A stretch of 64,000 bases of DNA, from positions 45,558,322 through 45,622,321 of the forward strand of contig NC_057718.1 of the NCBI RefSeq assembly GCF_004010195.1. The letters are read 5' to 3'. Below are positions 12,380 through 23,666 of the stretch, piece by piece. The DNA is from Chiloscyllium plagiosum. Its lineage: Eukaryota. The translations under genes and the position numbers were made by a program. The stretch's first letter is position 1; each line of letters opens with the position of its first letter. The notes beneath the pieces are model-generated. The model ran no database searches and was not told where the DNA came from. It saw only the letters and a list, made by a program, of their open reading frames with translations.

Positions 12380-12825
12380 CATACCGAGCGAAGCAGAGTT
12401 CGCAGTGATTTCCCCGTTCGTTGACAGTCAGGACATGGGTATAGGCTGGGCACGTGAAGACCAGCTCTCCGATCGCGAACTCTTTGCGAGCCTGCAGCCC
12501 CCGTCCTTTCCCCTCGCTCAGGAACCTCTCCATGGGCCCGGCTGCTGCTACCGCCACGGGCTCCTTCTGCAGCAGCTAGCGCAGGCCTTCTCTCAGCCCA
12601 ACCCTGCTTCAGTCTGTTCCGCAGAGAGCACACTCCATAGCTGCCGGCCTTACTCACACACTCAGCGGCGACCAGCAGCAGCTACTTAAATGGAATCGGC
12701 TGAGCGCTCCCTGCTGATTGCTGCAGTGACGGGCTCCTCCCGCTTCCCTGCTCCTCCCCAGGTCCAAGCGCTCGCCTCTATCCAGGATGTTCCTCCTGCG
12801 CTAGGATAACCCCCCGGGGGTATTT
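12380..12825 (-). promoter_or_regulatory. CpG/GC-rich promoter and 5' UTR region of SMYD2
   Basis: The clearest CpG-dense non-repeat stretch in the window, overlapping the first coding exon. It has a TATA-like ATTTAAGT (minus, about 12684-12691) and GC-box-like GGGAAGCGGGAGGAG just upstream. Confidence 0.7.
12385..12533 (-). CDS. SMYD2: SMYD2 (SET and MYND domain lysine methyltransferase) coding exon 1
   Basis: Translates to MERFLSEGKGRGLQARKEFAIGELVFTCPAYTHVLTVNERGNHCELCFAR, which matches the vertebrate SMYD2 N-terminus (S-sequence GKGRGL, then the start of the MYND finger). ATG is at 12533, with an in-frame upstream TAG at 12576-12578. The exon ends in phase 2 at CG|GTATGT (donor 12384-12379). 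Confidence 0.95.
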
Positions 12826-13199
12826 ACTACAACTCATTGACTTCTTTCTCTCTCTCAATCTCACCGAAAAGTTCAAAACCTAGTTTTTACATCGGTGCAA
12901 TTTTGGTGCTCAAAAGGAACAAAGTGGAGTATGTTTAAAAACCATGTGTCTACAAGATTTAACTTTCTTTAAAAAAAATAGAGATTCAAAACTTAGTGTT
13001 TAAATCGGTGCAGTTTTGGGGATTAAAAGGAACAAAGCGATCTGTATTGAAAAAAATGTGTATTTAACTTTTTTTAAAAAAAGTATTGGCGTTCATCCTG
13101 TCCAGCACGTTCCCCAACACCATGTTTTTCAATTTTGTTCTGTTCCTCCTGTTTGGGCGGGGGCAGAGGGGACTCGTAGATTTGAGGGAAATGAAAATA

Positions 13200-13480
13200 T
13201 GCATTTGTTTTACACCATCCATAATCATGTCCCAAAGTGCTTTACAGCCAATGAAATATTTTTGAAGAATAGTCCCTGGGATGAAGTAAATGCAGCAACC
13301 ATTTTGTATATAACAAGCTCTGGATTGGGATCCTCTGCTTCCGTGATGTAGAGATAAAAATTTACCAGAACGCCAAGGTGAATTTCCCTGATCATCTTCA
13401 AAATGGAGCCATAGTATCTTTTACATCCACCTGAGAGTTCAGATTGGGCCATATTTCATCAAAAAGGCAACATCCACAAA
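13200..13480 (-). mobile_element. DeuSINE (SacSINE1/AmnSINE1-type) remnant
   Basis: gccatagtatcttttacatccacctgagag and cccaaagtgctttacagccaatgaa resemble the reverse complement of the Deu domain and tail (recalled consensus). Related remnants are at about 30715-30890 and 35110-35270. Confidence 0.6.
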
Positions 13481-13651
13481 AACTTCAGAACTGCCAAACT
13501 TTTTATACAAAAAGCAAATTAATTTCATTCACAAAAATTAGCTTCTTTGAAATGAAGACAGTAGGAGCTTATCAACATGTTGAGTATTTTAATTTTACAA
13601 TGCTTAGGTCATACAGTGGGACTTGAGTGCACAATTTGCATATTCAGATGA

Positions 13652-14552
13652 GAGAATTTGATAAGGTTCCCCATGGTAGGCTCATTCAGAAGGTCAGGAG
13701 AAATGGAATACAGGGGAACTTAGCTGTCTGGATATAGAATTGGCTGGCCAACAAAAGACAGCGAGTGGTAGTAGAAGGAAAATATTCTGCCTGGAAGTCA
13801 GTGGTGAATGGTGTTCCACAGGGCTCTGTCCTTGGGCCTCTACTGTTTGTAATTTTTATTAATGACTTGGATGAGGGGATTGAAGGATGGGTCAGCAAGT
13901 TTGCAGATGACACAAAGGTTGAAGGTGTTGTTGACAGTATAGAGGGCTGTTGTAGGCTGCAGCGGGACATTGACAGGATGCAGAGATGGGCTGAGAGATG
14001 GCAGATGGAGTTCAACTTGGATAAATGCGAGGTGATGCATTTTGGAAGGTCGAATTTGAAAGCTGAATACNNNNNNNNNNNNNNNNNNNNNNNNNNNNNN
14101 NNNNNNNNNNNNNNNNNNNNNNNNNNNNNNNNNNNNNNNNNNNNNNNNNNNNNNNNNNNNNNNNNNNNNNNNNNNNNNNNNNNNNNNNNNNNNNNNNNNN
14201 NNNNNNNNNNNNNNNNNNNNNNNNNNNNNNNNNNNNNNNNNCATAGATAGAGTCGATAGCCAGAGACTATTTCCCAGGGCAGAAATGGCTAACACGAGGG
14301 GTCATAGTTTTAAGCTGGTTGGAAGAAAGTATAGAGGGGATGTCAGAGGCGGGTTCTTTACACAGAGAGTTGTGAGAGCATGGAATGCGTTGTCAGCAGC
14401 AGTTGTGGAAGCAAGGTCATTGCGGACATTTAAGAGACTGCCGGACATGCATATGGTCACAGAAATTTGAGGGTGCATACATGAGGATCAGTGGTCGGCA
14501 GAACATCGTGGGCTGAAGGGCCTGTTCTGTACTGTACTGTTCTATGTTCTAT
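13652..14552 (+). mobile_element. Relatively young 5'-truncated CR1 LINE (RT C-terminus and 3' tail) spanning an assembly gap
   Basis: Open frame GVPQGSVLGPLLFVIFINDLD...KFADDTK...WQMEFNLDKCEVMHFG, then TRGHSFKL...FFTQRVVRAWN, and a (ttctatg)n tail. Confidence 0.92.
14071..14241. other. Assembly gap (171 N)
   Basis: Run of N in the sequence. Confidence 1.
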
Positions 14553-14594
14553 TACTGTTAATTACTGTTAACTGATCTCACCTGGATCAGGTGT

Positions 14595-14870
14595 TAGCAG
14601 TCCAGTGAGTTTTCCTGCCTGTGCATAATTGGACGTGCATAGTGTCCAGCTCTTGGTGTATGGACATGGACTGCTTCAGTATGTGAGGAGTTGTGAATAG
14701 TATTGAACTTTGTGAAAACATCAGCAAATATCCCCGCTTCTGACTGTATGATGGAAGGAAGGTCATTGATGAATAAGCTGAAGATGGTTGTGCTTAGGAC
14801 ACAACCCTGAAAAACTCCTTCAATGATGTCCTGACATCGACACCCACATCCCATGAACACATTTTAAAAA
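14595..14870 (-). mobile_element. LINE RT fragment (second non-LTR family)
   Basis: GVFQGCVLSTTIFSLFINDLPSIIQSEAGIFAD. Related 3'-end sequence occurs at 33890-34200, 40145-40880 and 44670-44755. Confidence 0.75.
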
Positions 14871-16394
14871 TTGTTCTACGCAGTTTGTTTCAAAAGTAGG
14901 TTTCTTTAAACTTAATACCATGTCACTCACAGATGGCAGTCTTGACATTTGGACTAAAATTATTAGCTTTTTGTGATAAACATGTTTTCAGCTATACAAA
15001 TAAAATGCAACTAGATTACCTCCTTCAAGTATATCAAGGACTACAGTCAATGCAAACAAAATAATGCCCTAAAATGCTACCCAATTGCACTGATTCATGG
15101 AAGATTTTGTATTTGGCAATAAGCAACAAGGTTTGGGTGGTAATTTGTATAAAAATAAACTTCTGAAGATGTATGCAATTTTGAGTAAAACTTGTGGCTC
15201 TGCCAGCAATTGTATTAAATTTTGAAAATATTTAAGATGAGTATTTATTAATGCCCAGACACTAGAATTTTAATGAGCCCCATAAATTGCTCTCCATTCA
15301 TTTCAGGAGGTCCTGTAAATGTTATGTTCAATTTAAATGTCTGTGAAGTTTTTATCCAAATTACTTGAATCTTATAGATTGCCTCTCTATAGGAAGCTAC
15401 ACACAAGCATTGGCGTGCGCTCGAGTTAAACCTGCATTTTGTTATATTGGAGCTAGTTTCTGGATTTGAAGACCCTCCTCAACTCAAATCTGTGTGGTCT
15501 TTGCTATTAAGAGTCCTCCATAAGTGTCAGTATGCTATTCCATCACGAGAGATCTTTCAGCAAATCCTATTACATCCTTACCTGATACCTAGAAACAGTA
15601 ATTTCTAATTTGGAATCTTTGGATAATGATCAGGAATAAGATCCCTGATTTTCTTGCTCTTTCCTACTCTCACGCAATAAGGCTAATAAAGAATATCTTC
15701 ATCTCTGCTCAGCTGAAGACACTTTCTTCAGCACAGACTATGGATAGAATCTAGGATCTTTCTGGTCGACATGACTCAACATCAATTGACTTTAATCAAG
15801 TGAATCATTGGAAAAAGAATACTTTTATTTCAACAGATTGAAGAAAGGGTCTGCTGTGAGGAGAGTGACTCCTGGCCAAAGAAGCAGGTATGGAGATGAA
15901 GGCAAAGGAAGAAGAGTTAAACTTTGTGTCCAACTTGAAAGGCTTTTCTGGGAAGGATCTGAAATGAACAAGACTAAATTTGGAGTCAGTGCAGAAAAAG
16001 TCAAGAAATACTGAGTGAAGGCATGACGAGTGGTCAAATTGTAAGGATGGATGGGGTCAGAGGAAAGACTCCAGGAGGGAATTGTTAATTTTGAATTCTT
16101 GAAGCTTGTGGTTATTGACATCTGAAAGAGCAGAGAAAAGATTTTCATTAAAGCATCAGCTGAAGAGAATAATGTAATAGAACTATGTCCTAGAATGGTT
16201 TTGAAATGCAGCAAGTCAGTGTTGCTGAACAGAAAAGCTGAGAATGTGCATGGTGATAAACACCTATCAATGTGGTTTATGGTTTTCTGTGTGTTAGCTT
16301 GTGTAATATATACCCCAGATAGTCAAATATCTTAAAAAGTTTGTTTACAAGGGTACATTATTAGAGATTTTACACACATAATGTGATTTCTGTG

Positions 16395-16675
16395 CTTACC
16401 TGGTGACTCAATGATTATCACTGTGTCTCACAGTGCCAGGGCCTTTGGGTTTGATTCCAGTCTTGGGCTACCATTTGTGTGAAGTTTGCATGATCTCCCT
16501 GTGTCTGTATGGGTTTCCTCCCACAGTCCAAAGATATACAGGTTAGGTGGATTGGTCAGTGGGTTAATTATGATAAATGTGAGGCTATGGAGACAGGATA
16601 GGATGTTCTTCAGAGGGCTGGTGAGACTCGATGGGCCAAATCCGCTATCTGCACTGTTGGGATTCTGTGATTTTG
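16395..16675 (+). mobile_element. HE1-like SINE, diverged
   Basis: Degenerate A/B boxes and V-domain tgtgtgaagtttgcatgatctccctgtgtctgtatgggtttcctcccacagtccaaaga. Confidence 0.75.
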
Positions 16676-17099
16676 GATATTACTGTACATTATACACACA
16701 AAACTGACTGATTGCATGACACAGGTGAGGTGGTACCGTTAGACCAGAATGTCACATGCCATGATACCATGTAACTCTTTTAGAGGTACAGGTGTGGTTG
16801 ATGCCATAATTCAGCATTTCTCTTTTTTTTGTTTAGGAGGAGGATTATTTTATGATATATACAACGATACTTATAAACAACCTATATGTTCTGATAACTA
16901 TATAGTAGTTAATGTAGTTAACTACTGTATAGGAGTTCTGATAACTTAAACAGTAATCACAACTTAGTGGTGTAGTTTCAAGCTGCAATGTGCTTGTTGT
17001 CATGGATGGATGTGTATCATTTGTTGTGGATGCGTGACTGTTGTTTGGCATGGTACCTTCAGTATCCAGTTGTAATCCTGTTTTTATCACTATATACAG

Positions 17100-18800
17100 T
17101 CTCATGGATTGTTTACAGTGCAAAAGGAGGCCATTCAGTCCATATTATCGATGCTGGTCAACAAAGGTTGGGTTAAAACAGAAATTGGTGGAGAAATTCA
17201 GCAGGTCTGGCAGCATCTTTGGAGAAAAAGCAGAGTTAACATTTCAGCTGCAGTGACCCTTCTTCAGAAATTTGGCTACACTAATCCCATTTTCCAGATC
17301 TTGGCCTATAGTCCTGCAGGCTATGACAATGCAAGTGAATATCTCAATAGAGATTCAATGCTTTGAGAGTTTCTGACTCAATTAACCTTTCAGACAGTAA
17401 GTTCCAGACATCCACCCAATCTATGGATGAAAAGAAAACTTAGCTTTCTACTTCTTACTTTAAATCAATATCCCCTGGTTATTGACCCTCCAGTAACAGA
17501 AAAAGTGCCCTGCTATCCAACTTGTCTCCATTCCTCATAATCCTATACATATTAGTATCAGGTTTCCTCTGAACCTTTGCAATGATAAGGAAAACAATCC
17601 CAGGCTATCCAATCATTCCTCATATCTCAGACCCTCTAGCCAAGGCAGCATTCTGGTAATTCCTGTATACACCCTCTCTGGTGCAATCATATCCTTCTTA
17701 TGTGGTGTCCAGAAGTGCACACAGTACTCCAACAGAGACTTAATTAGCAGCTTAATCAACAATTCCAACACAGCCTTCTTATACGTGCACTATATGCCTC
17801 AGCTTATATAGGCATTGGTTAATTTTACTTGCCACTGCTCTGCTAAGCTGACCAGGGTATCCTCCTCACTATTTACCACTTTACTAATTTTTGTGTCACA
17901 CATAAACTTCTTGATCATAGTCTCTTCATTTGAGTCCAAATTGTGTACATCACAAATAGCAAGGGGTGCCAGCACTGCAGAACCCCACTGAGAACACACA
18001 GTCGCAGAAATGTTACCCTCTGCTTCCTGCCTCACAGCAAATTTTAGATCCAATATGCCAGTTTGCCTTGGATCCCATGACCTTTACTTTCTGAGACAAT
18101 CTGCAAGATCAAAAATATCTTATCAAAAGCCTTACTGAAGTCCAAGATGATCACATGAAATGCATTACCATAATGCATTGATCTATCATGCCACTTTGCC
18201 TTAGATGCCATGGGCTATTAATTTCTTGAGTAGTCTGCTATGACAAACCATATCAAAAGCCTTGCTAAAGTCCAAGGAAACCATGTCAAATATATTACTC
18301 TTATCAACACTTCTGGTTACCTCCTTCAAACATTTTCTCAATGTGTCAAACACAATCTTCCCTTAACAAATCCTTGCTGACCATCCCTGATTAATCCATG
18401 TTTCTCCATATTCTGTCCCTCAAAATTCTTTCTAATGATTTCCCCACCACTGAAGTTAGACTGACTGGCCTGTAATTTCCTAGTCTATCCCATCCACCCT
18501 TTGGTTTTATTTAATAGGACAAGGTTAGCAGTCCTCCAATCCTTCAGCACCAATCTGTGGCCAGAGAGGATTTGAAAATTACTGCCAGGTCACTGATATC
18601 CTTTCCCTTGTCTCCCTCAACAACCTGGGACACAACTGAACCAGGACTGCGGATTTATCCATTTTAAGATTGCTAAACCCATTAGTACTTCCTCTATGTT
18701 ATTTCAGTCCACTATTTCCCAGCTCTCCATTCTGATATTTATATCTGCATTATCCTTTTCTACTATGAAAACTGACACAAAGTAATCGTTGAGGTCCTCA
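17100..18800 (-). mobile_element. Decayed CR1 ORF2 with a nested family C Penelope repeat (17175-17270) and an internal ~133-bp tandem duplication (18055-18300)
   Basis: Reverse complements of YRPVSLTSVVGK (ccccaccactgaagttagactgactggcctgtaatt) and DFSKAFD (tcaaaagccttactgaagtcc, present twice). Confidence 0.75.
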
Positions 18801-20264
18801 CATTACCTCTCTGGTGTCTAATGAGCCTGGTTCTTTCACTAGATTTTCTCTTGTTCTTATATATTTTGAAAAAAAAAACTTTCTGGACTTACCTTTATTC
18901 TATTTTTGTCACTCTTCTAGATTTCCTATTTTCCTTTTAAAGTTCCTAACTGCATTTTATTTACTCAGCTGTATTAAGCCCTTGGTATCTGCTTTTAGCT
19001 TGACCATTGTTCATTACATTGTATGATCCAGGCTGCACAAAATGACATAATGTCTTTCCATGGATCCAAGGAAATCCCAAATCAAAGGCCTTGTTCCATT
19101 TCCAATTTGGACACCTATCTGCATACTTACTGATCAGACTCTTGTAATTTTTTTTCCCCTTCTTTCCAACAATCTATCATGAACATGTGGTTGGAATGTT
19201 GAGATTGTGGGAGCTATGAACCATATGGATCTGTCACCTAAACATGAGGGCTGTTGATAAAGGTAACCCATTGTCTGAAGGAGTAGTGTGTGAATTTAAC
19301 ATAGCTATCTGAAAATCTTGACTAAGTTGCTTGTTATTTCATGATAATGGATTTTGCAGGACAGAAACTGTGTTGTGAAAAAGTTCCAACAGAAGGTAGA
19401 GAAGATGTAACAAGACATTCAAACATATGGAAAGTCCAGAGATCACAGAGCAAAGACTCTTTCTTTCACTGGTATCAGGTCATTACAAAGAGCAAGGGAA
19501 ATTAGTGATAAAAAGGAAACTGCTTACAGTGCATGCATGGAACAAAATGTTTATGTTATATTAAGCTGCAGATTGCTTTGTCTATCTGCATCATAACTTT
19601 CCCATCATTCCTCCTTTCACCAACAACACCTTCATTCCCAGCAAGAGGCCATTTGACTGACTGCTTTAACTGCCATCCCTCACTGTCACCATCTACTGGT
19701 TGGAGGTCCTAGTGAACTGCTCAGCTCCCTTAGAGCCCCTTATCACCATTGCCACCTATTGCTGGAAGGTCCATTACAAGAAGATGTTGAAAACCCTATT
19801 TCCGGCACATGGCCAGGAAGAGTACACTACTGCCACCTTCAGGACAATTGCCAGACACAACTTGTGAAGTACACCAAAAATACTGAACATAGCAATCGGC
19901 ATGGTAACGACCAATTGCACTCTATCTTTGATATGTCACATAGAAGGGAACTTGGTGAAATAGTCAGTCACCAGAAAATAATTTGGCTCCGTGGATATGA
20001 GAAATATCAATTTCACACTTGCACAATGGTTCCGAGGGAATCTAATGTGGAATGAGCGTAGCTTGGGATTGTTGAGTTTGATAGATATGATATATTTTAC
20101 ACAACTTGATCAGTTGATCGATGCCCTTATTAATGCTGAGCCACTGTATAGATTTACTTTATGGATATGCACCAGTGAGACCTACATGTATTGTCTTGAT
20201 GTAGAGCTTGTGGAGTTGCAATTTGTTTACCTTTGAAAGTGAGTGTTGGGGAGGTCCAGTCAGT

Positions 20265-20477
20265 TAGGAGAAAGTGAGGACTGCAGATGCTGGAGACCAG
20301 AGTTGAAAAATGTGATGCTGAAAAAACACAGCAGGCCAGGCAGCATCCGAGGAGCAGGAGAATCAACGTTTCGGGCATAAGAAGGCATAAGAAGGGCTTA
20401 TGCCCGAAACGTCGATTCTCCTGCTCCTCGGATGCTGCCTGGCCTGCTTTGTTTTTCCAGCATCACATTTTTCAACC
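20265..20477. mobile_element. Penelope-derived palindromic mini-element, family A, with imperfect 14-bp TSD
   Basis: Near-perfect inverted arms around 20380-20392. Flanks are gaggtccagtcagt (20251-20264) and gaggtatagtcagt (20478-20491). Confidence 0.85.
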
Positions 20478-20539
20478 GAGGTATAGTCAGTCTCTGAATG
20501 AACAGAAAGAACACATTAGCTTGTGGAAATGTTGAGGTC

Positions 20540-20920
20540 ACAGGAGGCACTAATAGAATAGGGTGGACAGTCATAGACTTGACTTCCTTCACCTCAAGGA
20601 AAGGCCAGATGGCTGTGATGTTAGATCAGATGGCAGGATTTGCAGTCTTTTAAAGACCTGTTGCTTGCTGGACCTTGTGGCCAGTCCTTACCAGTGACTG
20701 TAAAAATGACCACTACTGTCAATACCTTTACCTCTCTGTCCTTCCAGGGCACTATTGGTGACATATCCAGAGTCTTACAGTTGACTACACATAAACATGT
20801 AAGACAAGTTACTGATGGATTGTTGCCTGGGAAGTCAATTACGTGAACTTCACCTGCAACAACAACGGATCCTTGGGTTTGCAGTTCTGACTGCTTCCCA
20901 CAAATCCAGGATGATAGGAA
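20540..20920 (+). pseudogene. PIF/Harbinger transposase remnant (HARBI1-like N-terminal half)
   Basis: LPVTVKMTTTVNTFTSLSFQGTIGDISRVLQLTTHKHVRQVTDGL resembles the Harbinger HTH segment (LPVAVKVTAALNFFASGSFQ...GISQ...CIRQVTDAL, recalled). It is followed across frameshifts by GFAV..FPQIQ (compare GFPxVxGxID). Confidence 0.75.
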
Positions 20921-23082
20921 CTTGAGACAGTTGGCAATCCACCTGACAGTCACAAATCTTTGTCAATCACAAGAGGGCATAAAGCTCTGCAGAAGTGATT
21001 TTGAGAAACTACTGTTGGCAGAATCTTTCCAGTTCCTGTACAAGGTGCGGCACAGTGAGAAGTAAGGGAAAACTGGGTGAGACATGCAGCAAGGGTCTTC
21101 CTGAATTCAAGATCAAAAAGCCACATTTTCCAAACAAGTGTTGGATAGCAAGTTGAGAATCTCACTAACTAGTGATGATAGGCCTTTATGCATGAATTAT
21201 TGTTCATTATCACCCTCATTACTATCTAATCTCCCCTCACTAATATGCAGCTAGAAACTGGACATTGAGAATTCTTGACATAAATGTCAAGCTGGGACCT
21301 GACAACTCCAGCTCTGGAACTCTGCATGTTCCTCCATCTCAGACATCAATCACCAACATCTCAAGACATCAACCACATGAATCCCATGACATGGACATTG
21401 ACGTCTGACACGTACCAACCTCACCATATTAACATGGTACATCTCCAATCTACTTACAGTGTGCTTCTGCTCTTTATTGTTACAATCTGGAGCACATTGA
21501 CATCTTTCATTGGAATGCTGCTGCCAGGACACATAGCACAAAGCGACATGCTCCCAGTTCTTGGACTGGATTTGATGCCTCTCAGGAATCCTTGTGCAGA
21601 CTGTTAGTGATTTATTCCTAATTGACGATCATAGCATCCATACCTTGCCTTGCCATGCCTTTTGGCACTTTCAGAGAAATCACCAGCTACTCCTTGGAGT
21701 CCAAGGATGAGCAGGCTAAGTAGATTAGCTATGGTAAATGCAGGGTTACAGGGATAGGGTAGGCGGGGCTGGGCTTGGGTGGGATGCTCTTTGGAGAGTT
21801 AGTGCAGACTCGATGGGCTGAAAAGACTCTTTACACATTGGAGGGAAACTATGATGAAGGGGGTCATGGTCAGTCCTAAGGGTCTAGCCATTAAAGGTCA
21901 ATGGCAGGTATCAAGGGATTCTGCTGTAGGGACGGAACCTAATTGTGTGGATTGGAGGCAGAATGCCGCGATGCAGAGGGGATCACAATTGTGAGGGAGA
22001 TAACAGTATATAGTTGGGGGAGATGATAGGGCATTGGTGCTGGAGCAGGATCATTCATAGTGAGCAGCTCCCTGGTTTTGATGAGGGGCAGTGGACTAGT
22101 AGAAGTAGCCAATTTACTCCTTGTGACAAAGGGACACTGGCTGTGTGGTCAAAATTCCCGATGCCCTTCATGCCTTCCAGTAAGTGTTGAGCACCAATGG
22201 CTAGAGCAATGCAAGACTGCACTGATCCAGCAGGTCCTGAGGGAACTGGACCTGGCTCTCCATGACAGCCACCAATCTGTTGATCAATGCAGGCAGATGC
22301 TCATGACCCTAAAGAAGTAGAGATCCATCCACAGTACTCCAGACTCCGTGACGGTTTGAACAGTGCCTCTAACAAACCTGCCTGTCGCTCCTGTGCATTT
22401 TGATGAAGTCACACCATGGGGTCATCACCTACCCAGGGCTCAGCCAATGCCTGATCTCCAGCAATCCTCAGTGTGCCCGCAACCTGGAGCTTTTCTCCTT
22501 TGGCCAGCTGCACACAATGTGGCAGTGAAGTGTTCACCACTGTGTGCTCTTGATTCCAATCTCGCTGAAATACCTGTGGTGGCGTCAGTATCTGAGCTGG
22601 TGGGTGGGTTTTGTGGGGCAGGAAGCAGGGCTTCCTCTGATAGATCTGTGCTCTCTTCCTCCAGAGGTGGTGGAGGGAATGTCTTGTGGCACTGTCCTCT
22701 TGACTGTGGAAACCGTTGGATTGCTGCTGGTGCTTACATGGAGACAGGGCAGACAATGCATCCCAGACGAGGGAAAGACATTGTGGCATGTTATTAATAC
22801 ATTCACAGTGGAGATAATGGCAGAGTAACACAACAATGGATAATGTTTCTAACTTGATTGCCAGGACATGCATTTTTCAGTGACTTCACAAGCCAGTCCC
22901 TGCCCTCATATTGAGGTCCACCAATCTCTCCTGATAGGGGATGAGGAGCCAAATATTGGGCACCCTGCTAACCATTCCAATCGAGCCCTGTATTGGGCTA
23001 TTTTCCCCTTGATAGAGGCAAAAGAAAGAACTAGCCGAGATGGAAGTAGGTGGAGTGTCTCTTAGTGGTGGAAAGTGTATCA

Positions 23083-23385
23083 TAGAATCCCCAGAGTGTG
23101 AAAACAGGCCAGTCAGCCCATCCCATCAAAGAGCAACCCACCCCATCCCTGTAACCTTGAATTTCCCATGGCTAACACACCTAACCTCCACATCCCTGGA
23201 CACTGCAATTTAGCATGGCCAATCTACCTAACTCGCACATCTTTGGACTGTGGGAGGAAACTCATGTAGACACGGGAATGGGGTCGGTGGAAATGTGCAA
23301 ACTCCACACAGACAGTCGCACGAGGCTGGAATCAAACCCTGGGTCCCAATGTTGCGAGGCAGCAGTGCTAACCCCTGAGCCACTA
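23083..23385 (-). mobile_element. HE1-like SINE
   Basis: Homologous to 5604-5915. Confidence 0.8.
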
Positions 23386-23455
23386 TGCTGGACTGGGTGC
23401 AGAGGTGACTTGAATGAGTGAGTAGGCAGTGCAGAAAGCATACAAAATTATTAGT

Positions 23456-23666
23456 TATGATGTGGAGGTGCCAGTGTTGGACTGGAGTGGACAAAGCTAA
23501 AAATCACACAACACCAGGTTATAGTCCAACAGGTTTATTTGGAAGCACTAGCTTTCGGAGCACTGTTCCTTCTTCCTACAACCACCTGAAGAGAGAGCAG
23601 CGCTGTCCGAAAGCTAGTGCTTCCAAATAAACCTGGTGGACTATAACCTGGTGTTGTGTGATTTTT
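23456..23666. mobile_element. Penelope-derived palindromic mini-element, family B, with hammerhead core and 12-bp TSD
   Basis: Inverted arms 23499-23560 / 23607-23666. Core CTGAAGA(23586)...GAAAGCTA(23609-23616). Flanks are aaaattattagt (23444-23455) and aaaattgttagt (23667-23678). Confidence 0.85.

Noticed and set aside
12190..12689. Overlapping ORFs 12190-12408 (+), 12295-12657 (-) and 12405-12689 (+) as extra genes
   Set aside because: These are shadow frames of the GC-rich SMYD2 exon 1. They have no ATG start and no recognisable domain.
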